Positions 41,276 to 53,714 of a stretch of DNA of 64,000 nt are shown piece after piece. The notes under the pieces were generated by a model that worked only from the letters and a program-made list of their open reading frames with translations, had not been told where the DNA came from and did not search any database. Every line of letters begins with the position of its first letter. The stretch's first letter is position 1. The stretch is from Camelus dromedarius (taxonomy: Eukaryota), in NCBI RefSeq assembly GCF_036321535.1, contig NC_087437.1, positions 105,340,001 through 105,404,000 of the forward strand, in the 5' to 3' direction. Both the position numbers and the translations under genes were made by a program.

Positions 41276-44214
41276 CACCTGGAAAACTACACAGTCTTAA
41301 TCTAGACTTCTGGTTCCCAGTTATCCTTTCTCTCTGTCATGTAGACATTTTAGTTGACCAAAACATTTTATTTGTATATAACTTGACTGCATTCTTGATT
41401 GTATCCTTAATTCATTATTCAGTCATTTTCTAGAAGTCTGTATCACTTAATAGGTATTAAGGCTTTGGAATGATGATATTGACTATTTGTGATCTTATTC
41501 TTTGTTCATATTTATCACTAAATCAGAACAAACATGCAGAATTCTGTTTAAATGCATATGATCAATATGGAAACATTTAACACAGTTGTCAGGGAGAGAA
41601 AAGGTTTCAGATAACTTAAGGTTGTACACATTGGCCCTGGTTTTTAACCAGGCTGCATATAAAATATTCACTGAATTTGTATTCATTATAGGGAATTCTA
41701 AATTTCATATTTTATTATCACAGGTTTAATCTAGATAATACATGCAAAAAATATATAAAAAGTCTGTAAACTCTAAAAAGTGAAATTAACAAGGATTTGA
41801 TACAAAGACTTGAGTTTTTATATTTGTTTTTGTTTTTTTAATCTTTACTAGTACTGTGTTGACACCTAATTACAGCAACAACTCAAAATCATAAGGTAAA
41901 ACTAATTTTTAGATTTCTAAAAAATTTCTTGATTAGAATTCACTCCCTGAGAAGATTCAAAACATCTCTATGTGCAGTGCAAATTAATTATGGGAATTCT
42001 TATTACTCTTGAAACTAGAAGATGAAAGCATCAAAAAATTAATTGATTAATAAATATCACAATAGGGAAATAACATTATTTGAATACCCTCCTGGCTTGA
42101 ATCCCAGAGCCCAGTAAACCGATGAGTTTTCATAAATATCAAAAACAATGCACAGGTTTTGTTTTCAGTAATCCTTTTATTCCATTCCACACACAAAGCA
42201 CTTAATTTTTGAAATACCACTAATCATTTTGCTATAATCTGAAATTCTGCAGGAAATACCAGGAATACCAAAGTAGCAGAATATATATATTTTTTCTTTT
42301 CTCCAATATAGTATATATGAGTCCCATCTGCAAAATGTCATAAAAATATTTCAGCACTGATTCCAACCTTTGGACAGCCCATCCTCATAATTATTTGCAC
42401 TAGCTTGTCATCACAAATTCAAAGGAAAAAACTCAGGTCAAATAGTGGTACTTTTTTTTGAACTATTTCCATCAGTAAAATATAAGATAAAGTCGCTCAC
42501 TCATTTAGTTTCTAGGTAACATCTCGTTTTGAAAAGCTACCTGGTATGTCTTCTGGAGATTAAACCTACAAGAAATTTATACAAATATGAGACCTAAAGT
42601 AAAATTGTGAAGCCTCTATTGATCAATATGTGGAGCGTGTTAACAAGACACAGGAGGTAGTTATACTGAAGACTCTCTCCTTTCAGGAGCTTCGTGGGAA
42701 AGAGAGGCCATTGCAGTTTTACCTATTGGCCATCTTCCACCATTGCAATTTGTAAACTCATGCTCCTGCTCACCTCTGGAGTGTGATCTGGTGTCATTTC
42801 TGCAATTCCACACTACCCAAAGAGCACTGTTATTTGGCAACAGGAAATACTGCCTTTCGTCAGTATGGGCATACCCACTTTTTACTCTCTTTGGTCTGTG
42901 GTATTCCCTCAGTCTCAATCACCCTGTGCAGTGTGCCCAATCCTAGAACCTTCTGATTAAGGCTTGCCCTTCATCTCAATCACTTTTTTTTTCCCCCAAA
43001 ATACATTTACTGACCACTGCTCGATCCCATCCATTTTGATTAAATAGGTTGAATGTCACTAATCTGCACTTTCATGGTAATCTTCAGTTGTAATTTTAGA
43101 ATGCCTCAATTTTATTGAACTTGTTTCTATTTGTTTCTTCAACCCTCAAAATTGTAAGTTTGGTGGAATTTTAATGTGAGGGATCTTTATATCTCTAGTA
43201 CCTAGCATTTTTGCATGGCATAACTTCTCAATGAATATGACCTTGAATTGGTTATTTATACAATTTCTCTCTCCTTTTTTTTCCTCCTGAAAAAGCTTAC
43301 CTTCAGGTTTTCATACACAATAGAGTGTCTTACAAGTAGAACTTCTGTTGAATAGTTTCTATTTAGTCTTAGTTATATTTACCCAACAAGATAGCAATAT
43401 GTAGTTATCCATATACTCGCTCAGATACTAAAAAGTTGAAAACTACAGGCAATGCAAAAGTATTTAAAGATTATTTGTATTTTTAACTAAATATGCTTTT
43501 TTATGTTCTCTGTGTGGGGGGGTGCTACAAGTTTGTAAGCATGTCGTATAACTGTAAAGCCATACACAAAGCTTATAAAAATGAGAAACTTTAACAGATT
43601 CATAAAAATAAGTTAAAAATATAGATTTTAGCCATGCTGTATCCCACAAGGATCTGTGGGACTCAATAGTTTGTTAAAGCAACAGCAACTTGCTGATGAT
43701 CAAAAGGTAACAGGGTCAATTTAAAAATTAAATCTGAGTAATATCAAAAAACAAACCTCTTTCAACATTCAGGACCCATGAGGAGACTTTGCATTTTACA
43801 AAACTACAAGGTTTCAGATAAGAGCAATTACTCAAGATGTTAGCAATGTATATTTACATGAGGCTTCATAATAGTAAAAAGGATAAAGTACCGTAGGAGG
43901 GAGAAAAAACACTGGAAAAATCCAAGATGTGAGAGACATTTAATCACAGATCCCAGGGTTTGTTCCAAGTCACATAGGTTATAGTTTGTCTCTAGATCCT
44001 GATCCACCAGTATCTGTGTACAGTATCTTGATTTCAGGAAGGACCCAGTCTCACTCAAGGAGGTATCCTTTATAACCCTCTGCCTTCATGACCAAACTTC
44101 ATCCTAGAAATCAAGAGACCAAAACAGAAATCAGGTACAAAGCATCATTCGGGATATTTTCTATACAAACTGGATTGGCGGGATTCCATTCTTTTTGGAA
44201 GATGTAGAAGAGAA

Positions 44215-44510
44215 CCATTACATCAGCTTTCAGGCTTCTAGAGGCTGCATGCATTCCTTGACCTGTGTTCCTTCATCCCTGCAACCTCGGCTTCTCTCAT
44301 CACATCTTTTTCTCTGACACTGACCCTCTTACTCCATTGTATATGAGCCCTCTGATTACATTGGGCCCATTCAGATAATACAAGATAATCTCTCCAACTA
44401 AAGGCCCTTAATTTAATAACATTTGCAAAATCCCATATACAACATAAGGTAATACATTCATAGGTTCTAGAGATTAAGGGGTGGACATCTTTGGGGAACC
44501 ATTCACAGCT
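44215..44510 (-). mobile_element. MaLR LTR fragment, MLT1C/D-like
   Basis: GCTTCTAGAGGCTGCATGCATTCCTTG...GATTACATTGGGCCCA...GTGGACATCTTTGGGGAACCATT. Confidence 0.85.
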
Positions 44511-44789
44511 GGTTTTTAATTTGTGCATTGAGCATTGACAGAGAGCTCACATACAAATTATATTTTCCATTTTTGAATTCCCATAGACCGGTAAGGCCCT
44601 AATTATCCTATACATTTATTTATTGTACTTCTACTGCCAAGATCCCAGGCCATCTTACTCGACCTATGCCTACTTTTATCTGCAGAGTTATGTTTAATTG
44701 CTCATCTTGAAATAGTGTTCACAACCTGTCCCAACCTTCTCCTCCAGCAAGCTGTTCACCTATTTGCTGAGTTTGTGTAATTCATTTTT

Positions 44790-45663
44790 CTCTCAGAAGA
44801 TCACTGACCTTCACCTCTTAGGTTTTTTTGCCATCCACAAATCATTTTTGTTTTACTCTGATTCTTACTTGAAAGTGCAATCAACTACAGGTCTGAGTAC
44901 TTCCTTTTCAACAGAAACAGACTATCTCAGAGGCCCATGAAAAGAACTATGATGGGTAATTTAGGATACATGCTTCTGATGGCAATAACTTTGAGACCAC
45001 ACCCTTGGATTGAGAAAGGACTTCCAGTACTCAAGTGGAGAAGCTGATGGGTTCATAAACCTGCTACTCAAGATCAAGCAGAACAAAAAATTAATTACAT
45101 AGGAATGAGTAAACTGATTAAGGATAATCATTATTTTATTTGAAACAATTTTTTTAATGTTCTCTTTTCTGGACAAAATGAATCTTTTTTTCTTAAGTTA
45201 TAACTACAATTTAATAGATTGCACTTTGTAAACAGAAGTAAAATATTTTTTCTCTCTGCCAGACACCTCCAGAACTTGGAAAATCTTATTGAGTATTCTT
45301 ATTTCCATGACAATATAATAATTTGTATAGATTCAGTAAGACTCCGTCCCTCTTGTAATAGAGCATAATTGAAAAAGTATGTAGTGTAGACAGGGCTTTG
45401 AAATGTTATATTTAAGAATGATTCCTAGGCTTAGATATGGTCAGGCAGTTTTATGAAACTAAGGTTGATAGTATGGAGCCAATGATTACAAAGCTTTCTT
45501 GAAAAAATGAATAAATAAAGTGACCTGGTATATTACAGGGTTTGCTTACAGGCTTACAGGGTTCTAAGCCTTATGGGTGAGTAAGGTAAGTTACTTCCTG
45601 GCAGGCATAAGAACCTTAAGCCATTTGAGAGACCCTGAGCTATTAATGCTAGATCTCTGGTAG
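44790..45663 (+). repeat. Inverted copy of ERV1 internal segment 51119-52035
   Basis: Reverse-complement match read by eye along its length, e.g. TCAACTACAGGTCTGAGTACTTCC (44881) vs GGAAGTACTCAGACCTGTAGTTGA (51923-46). Confidence 0.95.
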
Positions 45664-46959
45664 CATGAAAGACACCACTTTTTGTTCCGTCCATTGAGTG
45701 GATTTATCTTGTCTTTTCACAAAGTGCAACTATCAACCAGCTTTAATGCAGCTGTTTCCAGACTGAATGCCAGCCCTCTACCCTTGAATTGTAAACTGTG
45801 CTCTTCAGTCACTGATAATGTGTAGGAGTCCATCGGGCAGTGAGATTAGGTAACTTCTCAGGAGGATGTAGGGTAAGACACAAAGGTATGGCAGGGACAT
45901 CTTCATGGATGCAATATGTACCCCCCAGGGGTACCCTGACACAGGTTCTCCAGCATTTAATTATGACACATTTTTGTAACATTGTCTGTTAGAATGTTGT
46001 TCTGACAGGTTTCTGTAACTTAAAAGGTTTTTCAGGTCTCAAAATAATTTTATGTCTTCTCATAACAGTAACTCTTTTAATTAAAACACATGCACTAGTT
46101 AAATTGCTGAGGGAATGTATTTAGCAGCAGCCTTAAGTAACTTTCTTACAAAATTCTACCAGTTATTTATTAATGGTTGTCATGGGCTTATTCCAAAGTC
46201 TGTGGTCAACCTACATACAAGTGAGTGACATTTCAAATATCATTGAGCTTTGCAATACACAACTTCAAAGAAACTGACTGTCAATGAGTAGATGAAGCTC
46301 CAAGAGACATGTTGTTGCTCAGAGTTCCATTTCAAATCAGACATTAAGAGAAATAAATTTATGAATAGAGAGCTATAGAGGACTATGAACATTGCTAGTT
46401 GTGGTATACAGATTCTCTAAAATCCAAAGATTTAATAAGTCTTTATGTTATTTATTTTGCTTTGGAACTTGCAGAGAAATAGCTGTGGAAGATCTTTAGT
46501 ATCAATGACCCAAGTAATTCTTAACATTCAAAGTCTTATTTTTTGCTGGGTCTAGTATTTTTAACCAAGTTTATTAGCCTCCCTTTGAAGATCATATCAT
46601 GAATCAAAGATAATAAATAACATTGTTTTCCAATTGAATCAAATTTAAGCATTTCAGTGTCAGATTGTGGTGATGAACAAGGTAGTTTAAATATTTCTAT
46701 GGGTGCATAGTAAACATGTATTAAAATCTGTCCCACATAAATGTGTATTTGTTTTTATTACTTTCTCTTGGAAAAAAGAAATACATTAGCCAAGCAGATA
46801 ATAGACTATAATGATTCTGACTTTGTTGGTTGATTCTGGAATAACCTTTTATCCATATTTAAAAGAATAACAAATACAACAGTGACAAAAACTTCCTTGA
46901 CCACTTCCTCATTTTATAAAAAAATTAACTTCAAACATCTATCATAGTAAGTACAAAAA

Positions 46960-48056
46960 TGAACTTGAAATTTGATTATAGAAAAAACAATAAAACATAT
47001 AAGAAAAATATATTCCAACCTGAAGGAGATAAAGGTTACATAGCCAGAATACAAAAGCACTGCATATAAATAATAATAGGATAAAAATGGGCTTTGTCAA
47101 ATTAACAAAGACATGCATTTCATGGTACTATTTTCAGAAAAAAAAAATGGCACACTACATAAATTAAGAGAAAATATCTAGAAATATATTTCTTACTAAG
47201 CACTTGTATATAGAACAACAACAACAAAACTGTAACAATAAGACAACATCCTAATAAAACAATGAAAAAAGACTGAACCAGACAATTCGCAACAGAAGAC
47301 AGGTGCATGGCAAAGACGCAGAAAGATGTTCAATATCATGTCATCAAGGAAGTGCGAACTTAAAAGCCTATGATTCCACCGTTAGTCCATTAGAATGACT
47401 TAAATAAAAAGAAAGGCAATACCAAATGTTGGTGAGGTTTATGACACAACTGAACTTCTTTACTTTGGAAAGATTGTAAAATTGTGTATGTACCTTATAA
47501 TTTATGTGACAAAAATCACGTTAAAAACATGTTATCCTTTAACCCAGAAATTTCACTACTAGGTATTCACCTAAGAGAAATGAAAATACATGCTCACAGA
47601 AAAACTTTACATACGTGCTTATAGAAGACTTTTTAAATATCAGAAAATATAAATAACCTAAATCATGGTATAGTAATATGATAAATTGCTACTCAGCCGC
47701 AAAAAAAAAGCAAAAATTGTTTATAATAAAACACTGTGGAAGAATCTCGCAGTTTATAATTAATGAAAAAAGACGGATTCAAATAGCAAATATTGTATAA
47801 TTCCACTTCCCTAAAGTTCTAGAACACACACAACTGTAATAATAAAAATCAAATTAGTGTTTGTTTTGGGTATGAGTTGGGAGAGATCACCTGAAAAGGA
47901 CAGAAAAAGGTATTTCAAAGGCAATGGGAATGGTCTATAGCTTGAATGACTTGGTAATTACATAGATATTTACCTGTGTTAAACTCACTGAACTGTATGC
48001 TAAAGATCTACACATTTTATTGTATGTGAAATAAATAATAATACAATTGATTAAAC
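46960..48056 (+). mobile_element. Old L1ME-type 3' region
   Basis: AATACCAAATGTTGGTGAGG, CTAGGTATTCACCTAAGAGAAATGAAAATACATGCTCAC, AAACTCACTGAACTGTA. Confidence 0.85.
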
Positions 48057-48149
48057 ATACTTCCTAATGAGACATAAATAAGAAGTTGTATATAAACATG
48101 CTTCTGCTAATCAAATAACACAGCATAATGGATAAAATTAATTATACAT

Positions 48150-48800
48150 CTTCAGATTATAAGATGATAGAGATCATTCAGCAAAATACTCTGTCAAAAA
48201 TAAAAGTAATTCCTTCTTCTACAACCTTAAAAAGGGACAGGGTCACCAGTTGTCTCCCCATGTCAGCCCTCCCCATTATGGGAAATCATTTTATCACAGC
48301 GTGGTGAAAGTTCCCACGACTGCAAAGATATTGATACGATCGATGAAACTGCCTCTGTAACATTCTCCCTTTAGTCTTGACCTTTGGATTGTGTGAAGTA
48401 GGATGCATTTCTCCTCATGAGACAACCTTTAAATACGAGATGATGTTTATTAATTGCGGTGTATAGTTTTCCACAATGAAGGATGTTTAATTCCACTACA
48501 CCACACATGTACCTTCAAATAGCTAATCCTCTTGGTTTATCTCCAACTTGTCAATATTCTTCTCTGAAAACTGGTCTTAAAAATAAACAGCTCAGTCAAT
48601 ATGTGTTCTGAGGAGCAGAGCTCCATTGCTCTGCACTAAACTTCTGTCATCATAATTTTAGACTGCATTAGCTTCTTGCCTACCACTGTGTCCGCTCATT
48701 GATTAGTAGATTTGCATCAGCGAAAACCCTGCCTACCCAGTAGTGCACTGTTGATCTGTTCTGAGCTAAATATTAGATTTAAGTTTTATCCTTTTACATT
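48150..48800 (-). mobile_element. L3/CR1 LINE relic
   Basis: CCTCATGAGACAACCTTTAAATAC, CCAACTTGTCAATATTCTTC, GACTGCATTAGCTTCTTG: antisense CR1/L3 3' motifs. Confidence 0.55.
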
Positions 48801-49597
48801 CTATTTGATGTTCACAAGTAATTTTTCTGCATTATAATTTAAATATTTGATAAACTGGATTGTGAAAAACAAGTTTTATGTATAAATTCAGTTTTTTTTT
48901 TAAAGCTGTTGTATCAGAGACCTATCCTATCTAGCAAATCAACTTAGAAGACTAGTCAGCAATTTGGGAGTTGTCTGCATTTTATTTTAATTCAGAGGAA
49001 ATAAAATACATGATTGATTCTTCTCAAACTTTCACTCCCATTTTTTATATAATGCAATTTAAGCAAGTACTTATTTAAACATTTTTCCTGGTGTTGTTCC
49101 ATTAATAATAATAAAAACAAAACTGTAGGCTTTTTACCAAGCTCAAAGCAGATGTATAATAAATTTTTATAACCTCTTAGCTCTGCAATACTTGACTGAA
49201 AACTGGCAAATGACTAAATAGGCATCTCTGAGATGCAGCAAATAATAACCCCATCTTTGGCAATTTGCTTATGACAGATATCCACTAAATACATTTTTAT
49301 TTATTGTTTCTATTTTTCAAAACTGGATGTAAGAATTATAGAAAATGGATTTTCTGCTTGGTAAATCGATTGCGTACATCTGACATTTAGTTATTTTGTG
49401 TATGAAGCCACAATCTCTCATAATTAATTAAATTATTCAAACTCATTCTTTCCAAATTATACCTTGAGAAAGACTGCAGATAATTTATTCTGTACTTGGA
49501 GAAGTGTTTATAAAATAATTATTTTTTATCACAAAGATGACCTGACATTTGTATGTTATTAAAAAATTGATACAAATAAAAATCAGTACTAAAGCAT

Positions 49598-50270
49598 TGC
49601 ATAAACTGAATGTTTGTGTACCCTCACAATTCATATTTTGAAGCTCTAGGCCTCGGTGTGATGGTATTAGGAAGTAGGGACTTTGAGAGCTCACTAAATT
49701 AGATGAGTTTATGAAGTGGAGCCTGGTTGATGGGATCAGTGCCCTTAGGAGAAGAGGAAGAGACGCCAGAGCTTCCTCTCTCTGCCGTGTGAGGACACAG
49801 GAAGAAGGCAGCCATCTGCATGCCAGGAAGAGAGCCCTCACCAGGAACTGATTATATCCAACAGCATCTTGATATTGGGAATCTCCAGCCTCTAGAATGA
49901 AGGGAAACAAATATCTATTGTTTAAGCTACCCAGTGTATGGCATTTTGTTACAGCAGTCTATGCTAAGACAGTGATTTGTACTAAGCAGTGGGGGTACAG
50001 TTGTGACAAAAACCTAAAATTGTGGAAATTACTTTGGAACTGGATAATGTGTAGAGGTTGGAAGTATTCTGAGGTGCATGTTAGAAAAGGCTGAGATTTA
50101 GCTGTGAAGGGACTGCTATAGGCTATTCCGGTGAGAGCTCAGAAAAGAAGAGAGCTGAAAAGAAAACTTTATTTTTTTAAGAATACATAAATAATCCCAG
50201 CCAGGATGTTGGTAAAAGTGGTAAAAGCCATTCTGATGAGATCTCAAATGGAAATTAGAAACATCTTAGT
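49598..50270 (+). mobile_element. MLT1A-like LTR (49598-49971) plus start of MaLR internal sequence
   Basis: LTR ends ACAGCAGTCTATGCTAAGACA, then ...TGTGGAAATTACTTTGGAACTGGATAATGTGTAGAGGTTGGAAG...ATTCTGATGAGATCTCAAATGGAAAT. Confidence 0.9.
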
Positions 50271-50702
50271 GCAGAACTGAGCTCACTTCTGAACACAATG
50301 AGAACAAATATGAGTAGCTGACTACTTTAATTTAAAAATAAATGAATAAATAAAAATTTTTAAAAATTAAAAAAAGAACAAATGGGAATGGTTGGGAATC
50401 TGTGAATGGAAAAGTCCAAAGAGGAGACATCGAGGGTAGGAAGGAACTCTTGCTAAACCGACTGAATAAGAATTCTTGGTGAAGGCAGGACCGGACCATC
50501 AGGTATAAAAGGTGGGGAATGAGTAATTGATCAGATATTGAAGTGGCTCAGTTATCAAGTGTCGGGGATTCTCTTTAAAGTGACTTATCAGGATTCTTGC
50601 TAAAACTGAACTATGCAGATTCAAAAAGGACTAGGGCGAAGGTCAAAAAGAGATCTTAGAGGAGCTTGACTGAAGTTTAGTCAAAGAGAGAATCTTTATA
50701 CA
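50271..50702 (-). mobile_element. ERV1 LTR, MER31/MER67-like, 3'-truncated
   Basis: Minus-strand start TGTATAAAGATTCTCTCTTTGACTAAACTTCAGTCAAGCTCC; repeated GATTCTTGCTAAAAC motifs. Confidence 0.75.
50310..50374 (+). mobile_element. Tiny 5'-truncated retroposon tail (probably L1) with TSD
   Basis: AGAACAAAT repeated at 50301-09 and 50375-83 around CTGACTACTTTAAT plus an A-rich tail. Confidence 0.7.
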
Positions 50703-52500
50703 ATCTAAGTCCTTAATGATATAAGACTTTTTCTCATTAGGGCACTATTTTTTTTCCCCCATTAAGGACCAGCTCAACCAATCTGCTGAGACTTGGTAGT
50801 ACGGGATATTTGCCATATGGTGACATTTGGCAAATGATCAGATATTTAAAGAATGACCAACCTATACATTTCCATATAAGCATAAAATTGTTCCTTAATT
50901 CCATATAAATATACAATTGTTCTCTATTGATTCTTGTTTGCAAAATAAGTCTGATCTCACTACATTTGCCTTGATTACCTAAATAAATATAACAATAAAA
51001 AAAGTAGAAATAGACCACATAGGCCTTTTAAAATTTGCTTTGCTAAAACTTTTCTTAAGGAATCTCAGATTGAACTTCTAAGAGCCCTTCAAGATTAAAA
51101 AGTCAAGCCAAGAACTTACTACCAGACTTCACTTGTAGCATTAATACATTTGGATGAATTCGTTGTTCAGGGTCTCCAAAAAGGCCTAAGTTTCTCATGC
51201 CTGCCAGAAAGTGATCTACCTTACTCACCTGTAAGGCTCAGAACCCTGTAAGCCTGTAAGTAAACCTTGTAGGATACCAGGTCACTTCATTATTTTTTTT
51301 TTCCAAGAAAGCTTTATAATCATTGGCTCCATAATATCAACCTTAGTTTCATAAAACTGCCTGACCATATCTAAGTCTAGGACTGAGGCTTAAATACGAC
51401 ATTTCAAAGCCTTGCCTACACTGTCAATTTTTCTAGTTATGCTCTATTATAAGAGAGACAAAGTCTTATTGAACCTATGCAAATAATTACATTGTCATGG
51501 AAATAAGAATACTCAGTAAGATTTTCCAAATTCTGGAGGTGTCTGGCAGAGAGAAAAAAGAAGTATTTACTTCCGTTTACAAAATGCAATCTATTGAATT
51601 GTAGCTAGTTATAGATAACTTAAGAAAAAAGAAAAATGATTGATTTTGTCCAGAAAAGAGAATACCAAGAAAACAAAAATGTTTCAAACAAAATAATAAT
51701 CATCCTTAATCAGTTTACTCATTCTCATGTAGTTAATTTTTTATTCTGCTTGATCTTGAGTTAGTGGGTTTATGACCCATCAGCATCTTCATTTGAGTTC
51801 TGGAAGTCCTTCCTCAATCCAAAGGTGTGGTCTCAAAGTTATTGCCATCAGAAGCATGTATCCTAAATTACCCATCATTGTTCTTTCCATGGGCCTCTGA
51901 GATAGTCTGTTTCTGTTGAAAGGGAAGTACTCAGACCTGTAGTTGATTGCACTTTCAAATATGAATCAGAGTAAAACAAAAATGATGTGTGTATGACAAA
52001 AACCTAAAAGGTGAAGGTTAAAGATCTTCTGAGAGTTATTTGACAAGGACATTAGGGTATTTCAGTGGCATATGATATTCTAAAGTGCTAAAATGATTTA
52101 TGTCTGCTAACATTATATCAGACATCACAGATAGTCAGGGTGTTAACACATTTCTAGGAAGTTTATACACTTTCTGAGATATTTATGTTAATAAGATTTA
52201 TCCATGCACATATATAACCAAGGAAAAGCTAAGCATCTCATTATTTTCATGCAATTCCACATATCAAACAAACCTAATTATTTTTAACATTTTTTTTAAT
52301 AAGGTAAAAGCACAAATCTTTTGAGAGTTTCTAGATGCCCTCTGGAAAGCCTCAAGATCAAGATCTAGGCTTCATCTGGAATTTGATTTTGGAAAGGGAA
52401 AATTGTCAAAAACATAAATAAAAATTTAAGTTCTTTAAAAGTGAAACATTTTGGTTTCCCTAAATAATCAAGGACATTATAAGGTTAACATAAAACACTG
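50703..52500 (-). mobile_element. ERV1 (MER4-group) internal non-coding sequence
   Basis: AAGGAATCTCAGATTGAACTT...AAGCCAAG, GCAAATAATTACATTGTCATGGAAATAAGAATACTCA: MER4-group internal motifs; adjoins the LTR. Confidence 0.7.
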
Positions 52501-52504
52501 AGTA

Positions 52505-53070
52505 TTTATCAGTGTCTGGCATTAATTTAGGGGAAGCTCTTAATCATTATGGCTCTACTCTTTTTTCCCTTATTTTCCTTCCCATATTCCCGTTCCTTGT
52601 ATGTTATGCTTTTTGTAGTTATCCCATAGTTTTTGGATACTCTGTTTTGTTTTGTTTTGTTTTTCAGTCTTTCTTCTCTTTGCTCTTCAGCTTTGGAAGG
52701 TACTCTTATCACACCCTTAAGTTCAGAGAAGCTTTCCCCAGCTATGTCCTTGTACTGATGAGTCCATCAAAGATGTTCTTGATTTCTGTTAGGGTGCCTT
52801 TGATTGCTAGCATTTATTTTTGATTCTTCCTTAAGTTGCCATCTCTCAGCTTACATTGTCTGTATGTTCATGTATGTTGTCTACTCTCCCATTTAATTGC
52901 AGGTTTTATTTTTTTTCCAGATTATTGCTCCGATGAATCCAACATTCCTTCCATATCTGATTTGGATTCTGCTATTTGTTCAAAATGTCTTCAAACTGTG
53001 TTTTTGCCTTTTAGTATGGCTTGTATATTTTTGTTGAAATGTGAACATAGTGGACTGGCTAAAATGGCAA
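52505..53070 (-). mobile_element. L1MC/MD ORF1 relic
   Basis: Antisense ORF1 text (TGATGAGTCCATCAAAG, CCATCTCTCAGCTTACATTG), distantly related to 36850-37130. Confidence 0.75.
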
Positions 53071-53714
53071 AACAATTAGGCATCTGTAGAATACAGCATT
53101 TGTGTACAAAGGTTTAATATATTTAACTTCAGTTATTAAAATTAAGTTTCATAATTAATAATATATTTAATCCTATTTATTAGAATTACATTTTCAACAA
53201 TAATTCAAACTTTGAATTAAGATGTAATATATGCTTTCAGGAAGCCTGATCAACTTTTGAAGTATAATAGCACTATGAAAAATTAATTTCAATTTTCAAA
53301 AACAGTGACTATAAATAGCTCTCTCTGTTATTTGAAACCCTTTTATCTTTTTTAGCTAACCTCAGCCTGACTTTTTTACTAACAACACAATAGACCACTA
53401 ATCATTCTCAGTGAGAAAAGACTATGAGTGACAAAATGGGGCACATTTTTTGTTGAATAAATAAAGAATATTATTTGATAGCACAAATTGCAGTTTTTTT
53501 ATTCTAGTAAGATAATAGTTCAATAAAGATCTCAAAAAATTAATTTGATGTTTAATATATTTGAAAACATAGATAACAATGAAAACAATACATTCTATTT
53601 GGCATTTTAGTGTAATTTTCCCAGTAGATCTTCTAAATAAACTAGATGAGTTAGTGAGCAAGAAAAAAAAAGTCACAGAAAGTTTTGCTTATAAACTTCT
53701 CAAGAAAAATGACC

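Noticed and set aside
46163..46220. Possible 58-nt exon (CCAG|...CAA|GTGAGT)
   Set aside because: Weak acceptor, unrecognised peptides, no neighbouring exons.
49485..49910. Longest ORF (141 aa, minus strand)
   Set aside because: Antisense read-through of an MLT1A LTR; such peptides (FLVRALFLACRWLPSSCVLT) are common spurious MaLR translations.
44790..52035. Staggered-break inversion or DNA-transposon TIRs as the origin of the inverted arms
   Set aside because: ERV sequence continues on both sides of the right arm, which a simple staggered-break inversion would not give. There is no TSD or transposase, and the spacer is ordinary old repeats.
36850..53070. Second long inverted repeat between the L1 ORF1 relics at ~36.9 kb and ~52.8 kb
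   Set aside because: Only family-level similarity; independent old L1 copies.
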